NCBI RefSeq assembly: GCF_037902255.1
Contig: NZ_CP147990.1
Coordinates: 4,170,001 to 4,202,000 of the forward strand
From: Candidatus Electrothrix sp. GW3-4
GTDB lineage: Bacteria; Desulfobacterota; Desulfobulbia; Desulfobulbales; Desulfobulbaceae
Reading direction: 5' to 3'
Length of the DNA stretch: 32,000 nucleotides
Shown here: positions 8,803 to 16,816 of the stretch, in pieces
How the letters are laid out: every line of letters starts with the position of its first letter
Position numbering within the stretch: position 1 is the first letter of the stretch
Notes under the pieces: model-generated
What the model was told of the DNA's origin: nothing
Database searches by the model: none
What the model saw: the letters and a program-made list of their open reading frames with translations, nothing else
Translations under genes and position numbers: made by a program

Positions 8803-9639
8803 TTATTCTTCAGAGAAAGGAGATACAACTTTTTTCCCAAGAGCTGAAACTATTGGTTCGTGATCTTTAAGGTTTGTTGTGAGTAGTTCAGCATCATTTG
8901 GACATAAAAAAGCAAAGACAGCGTCACCAAGCCATCTGCAATCCCTGTCATTTAAATCGCAACGAGGATGTTTTAATATTCTTTTTATTACTTTTAGTCT
9001 GTTCGTATTTTCTCGTTTTTCAGAATCATTTTCGATGGCATCCTTGATCAGTTCCAAGTGCTTTAAGTTTCCTAACATCATTTTTTTAACACTGCAATCA
9101 TTACTATTATCACATTTAACAGGCTTGTCTTGAATGAGTCCTGTTGATTCTTCAAATGGATCTTTCTCGCTATAGCAATTCAAAGGAAAGATCACATCTG
9201 TAGCAATCTTTCTTCTTCTTTTCCAAGCCTTAAAAATTATAACTTTTAAGGCCAATCTTGATTCGTCATATATAATTTTATCCATTTCAGGAGCAGGATC
9301 TCCATACTTGGAAAGTAAATCTTGAGGGGTTAGCTTTGCAATTGAATTGTCATGAGCAACTTTTAGTGCTTCAAGAGCCGTTGAAGTTTTGTAACGTTGA
9401 GGGGTTCTTGAAAGTTTCTGTATAGCATCAATAGTTTCACTATAGGACTCTGTTGAGACTAACTTGTTATGTGCATATACATAATTTCTTAACGGTCCCG
9501 CTTTAAACTCTTTGATCGCATAAACAGGGAGAAGGGTGGTTTCATAGTTAGCAAGAGCCTTTTTAGCTAAATTATGCTGTTTGCCTGATTTTACAAGTAG
9601 ATCGGTTAAAATGGTTGTGTCGATAAATGCCTTACTCAT
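8803..9639 (-). CDS. Split PIN-like nuclease-domain protein with inserted Cys-pair region (third gene of AT-rich operon)
   Basis: The N-terminus MSKAFIDTTILTDLL looks like a PIN first strand with its acidic residue, followed by YAIKEF. The C-terminus WLGDAVFAF..AELLTTNLKDHEPI resembles the PIN distal D...A and T.(D/N)..D(F/H) motifs. The roughly 180-aa insert carries KCDNSNDC and RCDLNDRDC. The start overlaps the upstream stop (ATGAGTAA, 9632-9639). The domain call rests on motif recollection, not a search. Confidence 0.55.
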   Translation of the reverse strand: MSKAFIDTTILTDLLVKSGKQHNLAKKALANYETTLLPVYAIKEFKAGPLRNYVYAHNKLVSTESYSETIDAIQKLSRTPQRYKTSTALEALKVAHDNSIAKLTPQDLLSKYGDPAPEMDKIIYDESRLALKVIIFKAWKRRRKIATDVIFPLNCYSEKDPFEESTGLIQDKPVKCDNSNDCSVKKMMLGNLKHLELIKDAIENDSEKRENTNRLKVIKRILKHPRCDLNDRDCRWLGDAVFAFLCPNDAELLTTNLKDHEPIVSALGKKVVSPFSEE

Positions 9640-10279
9640 TAAAGCCAGCCATCATTTGGTCAACATGAGCTGGATTAATATTAAATTCAAGATCTTCTAA
9701 ATCCATTATCATGTCTATTGATTCTTCAAATTGAATAAACGGCTCTTCCTGTATTTTTCTCAAGATAGAAGCGATCTGATTAATCTGAGTCTCTGTGGTT
9801 AAAGCTCCATGGTCACGGTTGGCTAACGCATGGAAAAGAGCACTAACTACCGCACCAAATCCATCCCCGAGACTTCTGCAGCAAAAAAGTTCTGCCAATA
9901 TTTTTGCAAGATGAAGCATGGCGTTATCTTGCCCGATGAAATCATCATTTTTTAGTGACTCTCGAGCCTCTGTAATTTCTTCGATGGCTTTGTCTAACAA
10001 CAGCAAAGCTTTGTTAAATAATGGGGTTATTGACTCCTGGCAAGGATATAACGCTCTGGTTTTTATCTTCTCTACATAATCACGAGAATAATAGGCTTCA
10101 TCGTCTATAATTTTAATCGAGTCTTTTGCAATTTTAGAATTTAAAGTACCAGTTAAGGGATCTGTATCTAATTGAATGCTAATGTCATCAGCAGAAACAC
10201 AATCTGATGTTTCATCTGATTGGATTTCAATAGGGAAAATAGACTCACCGGTTTCTTTTAAATTATAATCACTATTCAT
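9632..10279 (-). CDS. Hypothetical protein, acidic N-terminal tail and helical C-terminal half (second gene of AT-rich operon)
   Basis: 215-aa ORF, overlapped at both ends by its neighbours (ATGA at 10276-10279). The N-terminal ~45 aa are rich in D/E/S. I recognised no motif. Confidence 0.65.
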   Translation of the reverse strand: MNSDYNLKETGESIFPIEIQSDETSDCVSADDISIQLDTDPLTGTLNSKIAKDSIKIIDDEAYYSRDYVEKIKTRALYPCQESITPLFNKALLLLDKAIEEITEARESLKNDDFIGQDNAMLHLAKILAELFCCRSLGDGFGAVVSALFHALANRDHGALTTETQINQIASILRKIQEEPFIQFEESIDMIMDLEDLEFNINPAHVDQMMAGFNE

Positions 10280-10977
10280 TTGAGATCTCCCAGGACCATT
10301 TTACTATCTCGCTTAATAAGGTGATGCACTTGCGAAACCCATTCAGCTACATTTAATTGACTTGGTTTTACAGGTAATCTTGTGTAATAATCAACATCAT
10401 AATTAAGTATAATATTTTTTAAAGATTGGCTTTCTAATTCATCAAGACCAATCGGCTTTTCAAAAGCATACTGCTTTATTGCTACTTTAAACGTTTGAGA
10501 CACACCTAAATTGTCATCTTCAATTCTGAAAGAAAAAGAAGGCTCTTTTATCTTTCCCTCAATATTAAAAAAATTCCCGTCTGGAATCTTTAATTTCTGG
10601 GTATTTAAAATTAAATCGGCAGCATGATCTTGATCATCGCATTTTTTTTCGTAAAAAAAACGGGATCCAACACGTATAAAAAGTTTAATATCAAGAATGT
10701 TACGAACTAACTTGATAAATTTCTCTTGCTCTTTAATTATTTCTTTTATCCCAGAGTGATAAACTATTACAAAAGCCTTATTGATATCGACTTGAAGGCT
10801 AATTTTATCTTTAACTCTAAATGATTGTCTATTTGGATCAACAGCTTGAGGGATAATGTCTGGCCAAATTTTAGCCGCCTCTGTCCACAATTCACCGGTT
10901 TTGTCCCACAGGCTATAAGCATTGTCATATCGTATTTCACAAGTAACTCGATTAAGACTAAAATCCGAAATGTGCAT
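10276..10977 (-). CDS. Hypothetical protein, possibly TIGR04255-family-like (first gene of AT-rich operon)
   Basis: I chose the ATG at 10977 (MHISDFSLNRV..) because AAGGA lies 5 nt upstream (complement of tcctt at 10983-10987); the listed 11013 start has no such site. The N-terminus LNRVTCEIRYDNAYSLWDKTGELWTEAAKIWPD resembles, from memory, the start of the uncharacterised TIGR04255 family. Confidence 0.6.
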   Translation of the reverse strand: MHISDFSLNRVTCEIRYDNAYSLWDKTGELWTEAAKIWPDIIPQAVDPNRQSFRVKDKISLQVDINKAFVIVYHSGIKEIIKEQEKFIKLVRNILDIKLFIRVGSRFFYEKKCDDQDHAADLILNTQKLKIPDGNFFNIEGKIKEPSFSFRIEDDNLGVSQTFKVAIKQYAFEKPIGLDELESQSLKNIILNYDVDYYTRLPVKPSQLNVAEWVSQVHHLIKRDSKMVLGDLK

Positions 10978-11404
10978 ATATATCCTTATTGATAAATAAT
11001 TTAAGCAGAACAACAGGAAGATGAATAGAATTGTTCAATTCTGTAGGCTAATTTAATGTTACACATGAATATCTTACAGGGCAAGAAAGAAAAGAACAGA
11101 AAAATTAAAATTTATCCCCATTGAGGGCTAACGTTAGTAAAGAAACTCATTTTGTTAGCAAAGACCGAGAGTGTCTTTGATTTACTCTCGCAATCGACCT
11201 GCGGAGAGGTGCTGGGAACAGGGTGGGGCTCACGTTCGAATTTCACAGCTAGGACAAAAACGGGTCACATGCAACGCCCGCCTGACAAACAGAAAAGGAA
11301 CAAGGAAGCTGGCACATCGTGGGAATTTATTGTAAGTGTATAAGAAATACATAAGAGGTGAATATATCCTTCCAATATAACTATTCATTACGAGGCCAAA
11401 AACA

Positions 11405-12775
11405 ATGAAATATATCGTACTGTTCTGCGCCCTCCTCCTCTCCACATCCTGCCTATCACAAAGCGCAGCAGGAAGTCCTCTTCATCCCATTCTTAATACA
11501 CAACGCCCAGAACCTGCTACGCAGGACTATTTTGACCAGACCGTGCACAACAATCTCCAGGTGGCCAAAGAGAAAGCACTGAGCCTAATTGACCTGCATT
11601 TTCATGATACGGGAAAAAGACTTTTCGTTCCTGGACAATACAAGACCATCCAGTCGGCCATTAATGCCGCAACAGCGGGTGATTCCGTGGTCGTTATGGA
11701 AGGGATCTATTATGAACAACTGGTCATGAAGGATGGGGTGAAGCTTATTTCAGATGCCTCCAACGATGGTGATGTACTCGTTCCCGTCGATCAGGCAATT
11801 TTACAGCTGCCCCGCAGGACCTTGCGGACGATTATCGACGGCTCCAAGGCCTCCCCATCCCATCACGGTATGTTTGACTTCACCGAGGGACTCGGCTCCA
11901 CCACCATTATTGATGGCTTCACGATCCAGAATCTGCCCAAGCAGAACCACCACGATCCAGGCCATGCCCATGCTATCAATATGCGAGGGGCAAGTGCTGT
12001 GGTCATGAACTGCCTTATCCGCAAGAATGGTTCCACCGGCATTGGCAACCACGTCTTTTTCAAGGATCAAAAACAGCCCATATCCACCCGTGATTTTCGT
12101 TGGCAGAATATCCGGACCAGATCTTCCGCAGTGCTCTATCACAATATTATCAGCGATAATTTTGGCTTAGGTATTGGATGCAACCATTTTTCCACCCCCT
12201 GGGTCTTGGGAAATGAAATTTTTGGCAACGATGATGCAGAACTCACCGGAATCCCCTCACCAGGGATTGGCGTGAAACACGGGGCAGCGCCTAACATTCT
12301 CGGCAATCTCGTGCATGATAACCCCGGTGGCGGCATTCTGACCAAGAAAGGGGAGCCCCAAGGAAAACAGCAGATCGACAAGCCGACCGCTCCCCTGATT
12401 GCACAAAATATCGTCTTCAGCAATGGCAAGGACAAACCGGGCATAGGTAATGAGGCTGCCGGTTCAATAGCGCTTCCCGTCAGAATCCTTAAAAATCTTG
12501 TGACAAGAGAACGCGCTGTCGGGATTGGCTTAATGAGCGGGGGCGTGAGTATTGTGGAGGAAAATCGTGTTGACCAGACCGGATCAGTGGGGATAGCCGT
12601 TAATAACAGCACGGTCCTGAAACTGAACCGGAACCGCATAACAAAGACTGGTGCGCCAGGTATTGTTCTTGTCTCCGATTCAAAGGTTCATGAGATGAAA
12701 GATAATAGCATGACCAATACCCGTGGGCCAAAGTTTATAATAGAAGATAGTCAGGTTTCCTCTCCCATGTTATAA
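11405..12775 (+). CDS. Secreted (possibly lipoprotein) right-handed parallel beta-helix repeat protein
   Basis: Signal peptide MKYIVLFCALLLSTSCLSQSAAG. A recurring ~22-25 aa periodicity with G(I/V)G(N/C/V/L) and N-x-I/V turns (DGFTIQN, GIGN, GIGC, GIGV, GIGL, GIAV, GIVL) is typical of PbH1/pectate-lyase-fold repeats. Confidence 0.75.
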   Translation: MKYIVLFCALLLSTSCLSQSAAGSPLHPILNTQRPEPATQDYFDQTVHNNLQVAKEKALSLIDLHFHDTGKRLFVPGQYKTIQSAINAATAGDSVVVMEGIYYEQLVMKDGVKLISDASNDGDVLVPVDQAILQLPRRTLRTIIDGSKASPSHHGMFDFTEGLGSTTIIDGFTIQNLPKQNHHDPGHAHAINMRGASAVVMNCLIRKNGSTGIGNHVFFKDQKQPISTRDFRWQNIRTRSSAVLYHNIISDNFGLGIGCNHFSTPWVLGNEIFGNDDAELTGIPSPGIGVKHGAAPNILGNLVHDNPGGGILTKKGEPQGKQQIDKPTAPLIAQNIVFSNGKDKPGIGNEAAGSIALPVRILKNLVTRERAVGIGLMSGGVSIVEENRVDQTGSVGIAVNNSTVLKLNRNRITKTGAPGIVLVSDSKVHEMKDNSMTNTRGPKFIIEDSQVSSPML

Positions 12776-12907
12776 TGATATCAACGTATTAGACCTTAAA
12801 TGGAAACACAAAGCCCGTCGATTTCTTCTTGTAAGCTGATTATTTTTACAAGAAGAGAAAGCCTGAGGATGGCTCAGGAGGGAAAAAAATGAAGAGAAAA
12901 CAAAAAA

Positions 12908-12939
12908 AACCGGGTCATGCGCTCAGCACAGACCCGGTT
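12908..12939 (-). terminator. Rho-independent terminator for the small secreted-protein gene
   Basis: AACCGGGTC (12908-12916) pairs with GACCCGGTT (12931-12939). On the minus strand the hairpin is followed by a U-run (complement of the A8 run at 12902-12909). It lies about 50 nt downstream of the stop at 12987. Confidence 0.6.
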
Positions 12940-12986
12940 ACATATCAATTTTTCTCCCCACCAGGGAAGAAGAAATGATTTACCTG

Positions 12987-13334
12987 CTAGAATTTCGGGG
13001 CAATTTTCTGCGCCATCTCATTCTGCAGCCCAGCCATCTTCTCAGGAAGGATCATTTCCTTCACAACAGGCATCATGGCGGTCTCAATTTTAGGCATCAA
13101 GTCGCTGATCAGCGGCTTGGAGTTAAGTTTTTCCCCCATAACCTGATCTCTTTTTTCTATCATCACGTTCTTAATAACCGGTGATGACAGAACCTCACTC
13201 ATAGCATTGTTTACCTGAGAGCTTCCTGTCCCTGCCGGTATATCTACCGCAGAAGCCGTATTGGCCGAAAATGCAAACGCAGCCAATGATAACAACAATG
13301 CTGACTTAATAGCCATTGATTTCACTCCAGACAT
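12987..13334 (-). CDS. Small secreted Met-rich protein, unknown function
   Basis: I chose the ATG at 13334, preceded by AAAGGAGG (complement of 13341-13348). Signal peptide MSGVKSMAIKSALLLSLAAFAFSANTASA. The mature ~86 aa contains 9 Met. The listed longer start (13421) lacks an RBS. Confidence 0.75.
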   Translation of the reverse strand: MSGVKSMAIKSALLLSLAAFAFSANTASAVDIPAGTGSSQVNNAMSEVLSSPVIKNVMIEKRDQVMGEKLNSKPLISDLMPKIETAMMPVVKEMILPEKMAGLQNEMAQKIAPKF

Positions 13335-13657
13335 TTTTTCCTCCTTTTTATGATAAAAACTGTACCACGATGTGCGGCACAACAACTTTACTTTATTATT
13401 CTGAAAATCCCAAAAAGTCAATTTTTTTTACTCTCACTTTAAATAAGATGGTCTGGTAAAAAGTCAAAAAATAGCAAATCTGCTCAGGATGAGTAAAAAA
13501 GATACACAACCATATCATAAAAAAAATGCCGAGGTCCGAGGAAAAGGAAGATTAAGAGGAGCGTATTGGATAATGACGCAACGACAATATTTGCTTTCGA
13601 AAACTCAGTGTAATGATCACGGAGGAGGGGATACACTGTTGAAGGAAACATGTAAAA

Positions 13658-13686
13658 GCCATCTCCGTAAGCGATACGGAGATGGC
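13658..13686 (-). terminator. Rho-independent terminator downstream of DAHP synthase
   Basis: A perfect 12-bp stem, GCCATCTCCGTA (13658-13669) with TACGGAGATGGC (13675-13686), and an AGCGA loop. On the minus strand it is followed by TTTTACATGTTT. Confidence 0.65.
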
Positions 13687-13721
13687 TACATCGAAACGTA
13701 TTGAGACTGTGGGGAGTCCCC

Positions 13722-15068
13722 TTAGCTCTTCATCATCTCTGCGATCTGAAAGGCCATCTCTAAAGACTGTTCCGCATTCAGTCGGGGATCACAGGTGGTC
13801 AGATAATTCTGCCCCAGCTGCTCATCTGCCAGCTGACGAGCACCACCGGTACATTCAGTGACATCGGCACCGGTCAGTTCAAAATGCACACCGCCTGGGA
13901 TTGTTCCTTCCGCCCAATGTAACTCGAAAAACTGACGCAGCTCAGACAGGATATCATCAAAACTCCGGGTCTTATGCCCGGCGTCTGTTTTGCGAATATT
14001 GGCATGCATAGGATCGCAGCTCCAGAGGACGTTCATGCCCTCTTTTTTCATAGCCCTGAGCAATGCTGGCAGATGTTTCTCTATATCCTTTGCCCCAAAA
14101 CGGGTAATCAAGGTTATCCTGCCTGCTTCGTTGTGCGGATTCAGCTTCTCAATAATGGCGAGGAGATCATCAATATCATGCTTCGGCCCCACTTTCATCC
14201 CCAGGGGGTTAAGAACACCACGGAGAAATTCGATATGGGCACCGTCAATCTGGCGGGTCCGGTCACCGATCCAGAGCATATGGCCGGAGCAATCATACCA
14301 GCCCCCTTCAAGAGAATCCTCACGAGTAAGGGCCTCTTCATAGCCGAGAAAGAGCGCCTCATGGGAGGTATAAAACTCAACCTCCTTTAACTGAGGGGTA
14401 TTCGTATCAAAGCCGACATTTTGCATGAACTTCATGGCCCGACTGATCTGCTTGGCCAAGCGCTCATAGGAGCGTCCCATGGGAGATTTTTTGACAAACT
14501 CCTGATTCCAGGCCTGCACCTTATCCAAGGCCCCAAAACCACCTCGGGTAAAGGCGCGGAGCAGGTTCAGACTGGCAGCGGCCATATTATACCCCTGTAA
14601 CAGGCGTCCCGGATCAGGAATACGGGCCTCAGGATCGGGTGCTTCCGAATTGCACATATCACCCCGGTAACTGGGCAGTTCCACGCCATCAATTATCTCT
14701 GTATCACTGGAGCGGGGTTTGGCATACTGACCGGCAATCCGCCCCACCTTGATCACCGGTTTTTCACCGGCATAGGTCAGGGTAACCGCCATCTGCAACA
14801 GCACCTTCAAGGTGTCTCTGATGTTTGGGGCGGTGCAGCGACAGAATTCTTCCGAGCAATCGCCTCCCTGGAGCAAAAAAGCTTCTCCCCGGACAGCCCG
14901 TGCTAACTTCGTTTTTAAGTCGCGTATTTCACCGGCAAAAACCAATGGAGGCAGAGCTGAGATCGTTTGCAGAATACTGTCCAATTCTTTTTTATCTGGC
15001 CAGTTCGGTTGTTGCAAAACCGGAAAATTTTGCCAGGATGATTTTGTCCAATTCTTTGTCGTTGTCAT
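13722..15068 (-). CDS. 3-deoxy-7-phosphoheptulonate (DAHP) synthase, class II
   Basis: 448 aa. The N-terminus WQNFPVLQQPNWPD...LPPLVFAGEIRDLKTKLA..GEAFLLQGGDCSEEF, together with RIAGQYAKPRS and the C-terminal GGVHFELTG, are hallmarks of class II (plant-type) DAHP synthases. Confidence 0.9.
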   Translation of the reverse strand: MTTTKNWTKSSWQNFPVLQQPNWPDKKELDSILQTISALPPLVFAGEIRDLKTKLARAVRGEAFLLQGGDCSEEFCRCTAPNIRDTLKVLLQMAVTLTYAGEKPVIKVGRIAGQYAKPRSSDTEIIDGVELPSYRGDMCNSEAPDPEARIPDPGRLLQGYNMAAASLNLLRAFTRGGFGALDKVQAWNQEFVKKSPMGRSYERLAKQISRAMKFMQNVGFDTNTPQLKEVEFYTSHEALFLGYEEALTREDSLEGGWYDCSGHMLWIGDRTRQIDGAHIEFLRGVLNPLGMKVGPKHDIDDLLAIIEKLNPHNEAGRITLITRFGAKDIEKHLPALLRAMKKEGMNVLWSCDPMHANIRKTDAGHKTRSFDDILSELRQFFELHWAEGTIPGGVHFELTGADVTECTGGARQLADEQLGQNYLTTCDPRLNAEQSLEMAFQIAEMMKS

Positions 15069-15442
15069 ATTTTTTCGAGGAAAGTTGACGTGATAATGAT
15101 ATTTTTTTATTGCGAACTCAACTTTCTGATCAGATCTATCATGTCGAGTTGACTCTGGTAACTGGCCTTAATACTCATGCATTATTCATTACAGCAATAG
15201 GACTAATCTAATTGTTTAATGGAAAAATGCAATCCTCTCCAAGAGATTTTTTTTCTGACAAAGAGACGAAGAGTCTTTTTCATTAAGAAATCAAAATATT
15301 GATTATCCAGCAACCAGGGAGAGGAAAAGTCTGACATCCGCCAGCACAGGGCTAGAGAAGATACAAGAGAAGAGGAAGTTTTTTTGAAAGGGCATCTTTT
15401 GCAAAAAAATGCCCTTTTTTCTCTTTGAAAAAGAGAGGTCTT

Positions 15443-16339
15443 TTACAGATCCAACCAGGATTCAGAAAAGATAGCCTGACCGGAAAGACAACGGAAGGTC
15501 TTGTAATGCTCAAGTGCGGCCCCTTCCAGGGTAGCCGGATCAGGCATATCACCGTCCATCATACCGTGAACCAGATCCACCAGGTCCTGACGCTCGCCTT
15601 TGCAGATGGCCATCAAGTCGTTATCGTAAGAGTTAACAATAGCGGTACTGATACCGTATTTCATCAGCATGATGAGATAGGTGCGATCCAGGTATTTCCG
15701 CAGATGCTCAGCCACGCCATTGGATACATTGGATAGTCCAACAGTGGAACCGGCCCCAGGAGCGATATCCGGCAGCATCATCATGAACTCCAGGCCAGAG
15801 GCAATCTGATCAGCACCCAAGGTCATAGGGGTTCCAATGGGATCGAACAGGATCTTTTCATTGGGAATCCCTGCCTCGTTCATAGCCATCATAAGGTCGA
15901 CAGCCATGGCAGCACGCTCATTAGAGTCACGGGGCATACCATCCGGTCCCCAAAGCAGGGCGATAACATTACAGTTGGCCTCGGCAGCCACCGGGATCAG
16001 GGCCTCCATCCGCTCTGGCTGAGCAGAGATGGAGTTCATGATAGCGTTTTCTTTGTTCTTAACGGCCTTGAAACCGGCAATCATGGCGTCGGTGTTGGTG
16101 GTGTCCAGACAGAGCGGAGTATCAATAACCTCTTCCACGGTTTGTACAACCCAAGGCAACAACTCGGTGCCATCCTTGCGCGCCGGTCCGATATTCAGGT
16201 CAAGATAGGAGCCTCCGGCAGCCGTCTCTTCTTTTGCCATCTCCTGGATGGGTCCTGGAATACGTTCTTTCATGGCTGAACCGCTTCGAGTCCCCATGAT
16301 ATTGATGCTTTCGGCGATACCTTTTACTGTCATTGCCAT
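15443..16339 (-). CDS. Pterin-binding methyltransferase (methyltetrahydrofolate:corrinoid methyltransferase, AcsE/MetH-domain-like)
   Basis: GGSYLDLNIGP, PLCLDTTN and GLSNVSNG match the DHPS-like pterin-binding barrel of methyl-THF-dependent methyltransferases. AAGGAG lies upstream of the ATG at 16339. Confidence 0.7.
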   Translation of the reverse strand: MAMTVKGIAESINIMGTRSGSAMKERIPGPIQEMAKEETAAGGSYLDLNIGPARKDGTELLPWVVQTVEEVIDTPLCLDTTNTDAMIAGFKAVKNKENAIMNSISAQPERMEALIPVAAEANCNVIALLWGPDGMPRDSNERAAMAVDLMMAMNEAGIPNEKILFDPIGTPMTLGADQIASGLEFMMMLPDIAPGAGSTVGLSNVSNGVAEHLRKYLDRTYLIMLMKYGISTAIVNSYDNDLMAICKGERQDLVDLVHGMMDGDMPDPATLEGAALEHYKTFRCLSGQAIFSESWLDL

Positions 16340-16740
16340 TTGCGTTCTCCTTTGATTAAATTAATTCGAAAAAGAATGAGCTCGATAATGTCATTTTTAT
16401 AATTTTATTCACACAAAGATGTTTTTCTATATATTTATAACTCTAACCCGAAGGAATTGTTGCACGGGAAACATGGGCGTACAGTTGAAGAGAAAAACGT
16501 AAATTTGATAATTAATCGCATTTTAAGGCATTTGTCAATCAACAAATTTCTTCAATTCCTTTTTGTAGGAGAGATCAAGAAGGCATTTTTTTCTTCTCTC
16601 CCTGTTTGGAAAGAGAATTTTTTCCCCAGTAGCTCCTTTCTCTTCTGAGAAAAAAATGCTTTTTTTGTAAAAAAATATCAAAACGGGCCAATCCCGCTGT
16701 TGACAGGTCTATAATATATTTATTTTTTTAATATTATTAA

Positions 16741-16766
16741 CTCCCTTGCCATCTATAGCAAGGGAG
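16741..16766 (-). terminator. Possible terminator hairpin downstream of dnaN
   Basis: CTCCCTTGC (16741-16749) pairs with GCAAGGGAG (16758-16766), with an 8-nt loop. On the minus strand it is followed by the A/T-rich TTAATAATATT rather than a clean U-run. Confidence 0.35.
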
Positions 16767-16816
16767 AAAAGAGAAGAGCCGTAGGGACCCTTCTCTCTTG
16801 TGAGCGACGCAGGAAG

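Noticed and set aside
10978-11013. Longer start (11013) for the first gene of the AT-rich operon
   Set aside because: There is no RBS there, whereas the ATG at 10977 has AAGGA 5 nt upstream.
11226-11250. tRNA-like T-loop string ACGTTCGAATTTC, considered as a possible tRNA remnant marking an integration site
   Set aside because: The flanking 5-nt segments are not complementary (TCACG versus TTCAC), and no acceptor or anticodon arms can be drawn.
11310-11326. Sigma-54-like TGGCAC upstream of the beta-helix gene, and a similar CTGGCAATTGGTGCTGCA at 19531-19548
   Set aside because: The -12 element is missing (first site) or the GG-to-GC spacing is off by one (second site). Sigma-54 promoters have strict GG-N10-GC spacing.
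12825-12855. 10-bp hairpin CTTCTTGTAA/TTACAAGAAG downstream of the beta-helix gene, considered as its terminator
   Set aside because: No U-run follows it on the + strand. I left it unannotated because it may be a Rho-dependent or structural element.
13335-13421. Longer start (13421) for the small secreted protein
   Set aside because: The ATG at 13334 has a strong AAAGGAGG site and begins directly with a signal peptide. The extension would bury that peptide.
13489-13704. 71-aa plus-strand ORF between the small secreted gene and DAHP synthase
   Set aside because: It has no RBS, it runs through the DAHP synthase terminator hairpin, and its basic low-complexity sequence is unconvincing.
16699-16714. 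Perfect TTGACA and TATAAT hexamers
   Set aside because: They are separated by only 4 nt, so they cannot form a sigma-70 promoter together.
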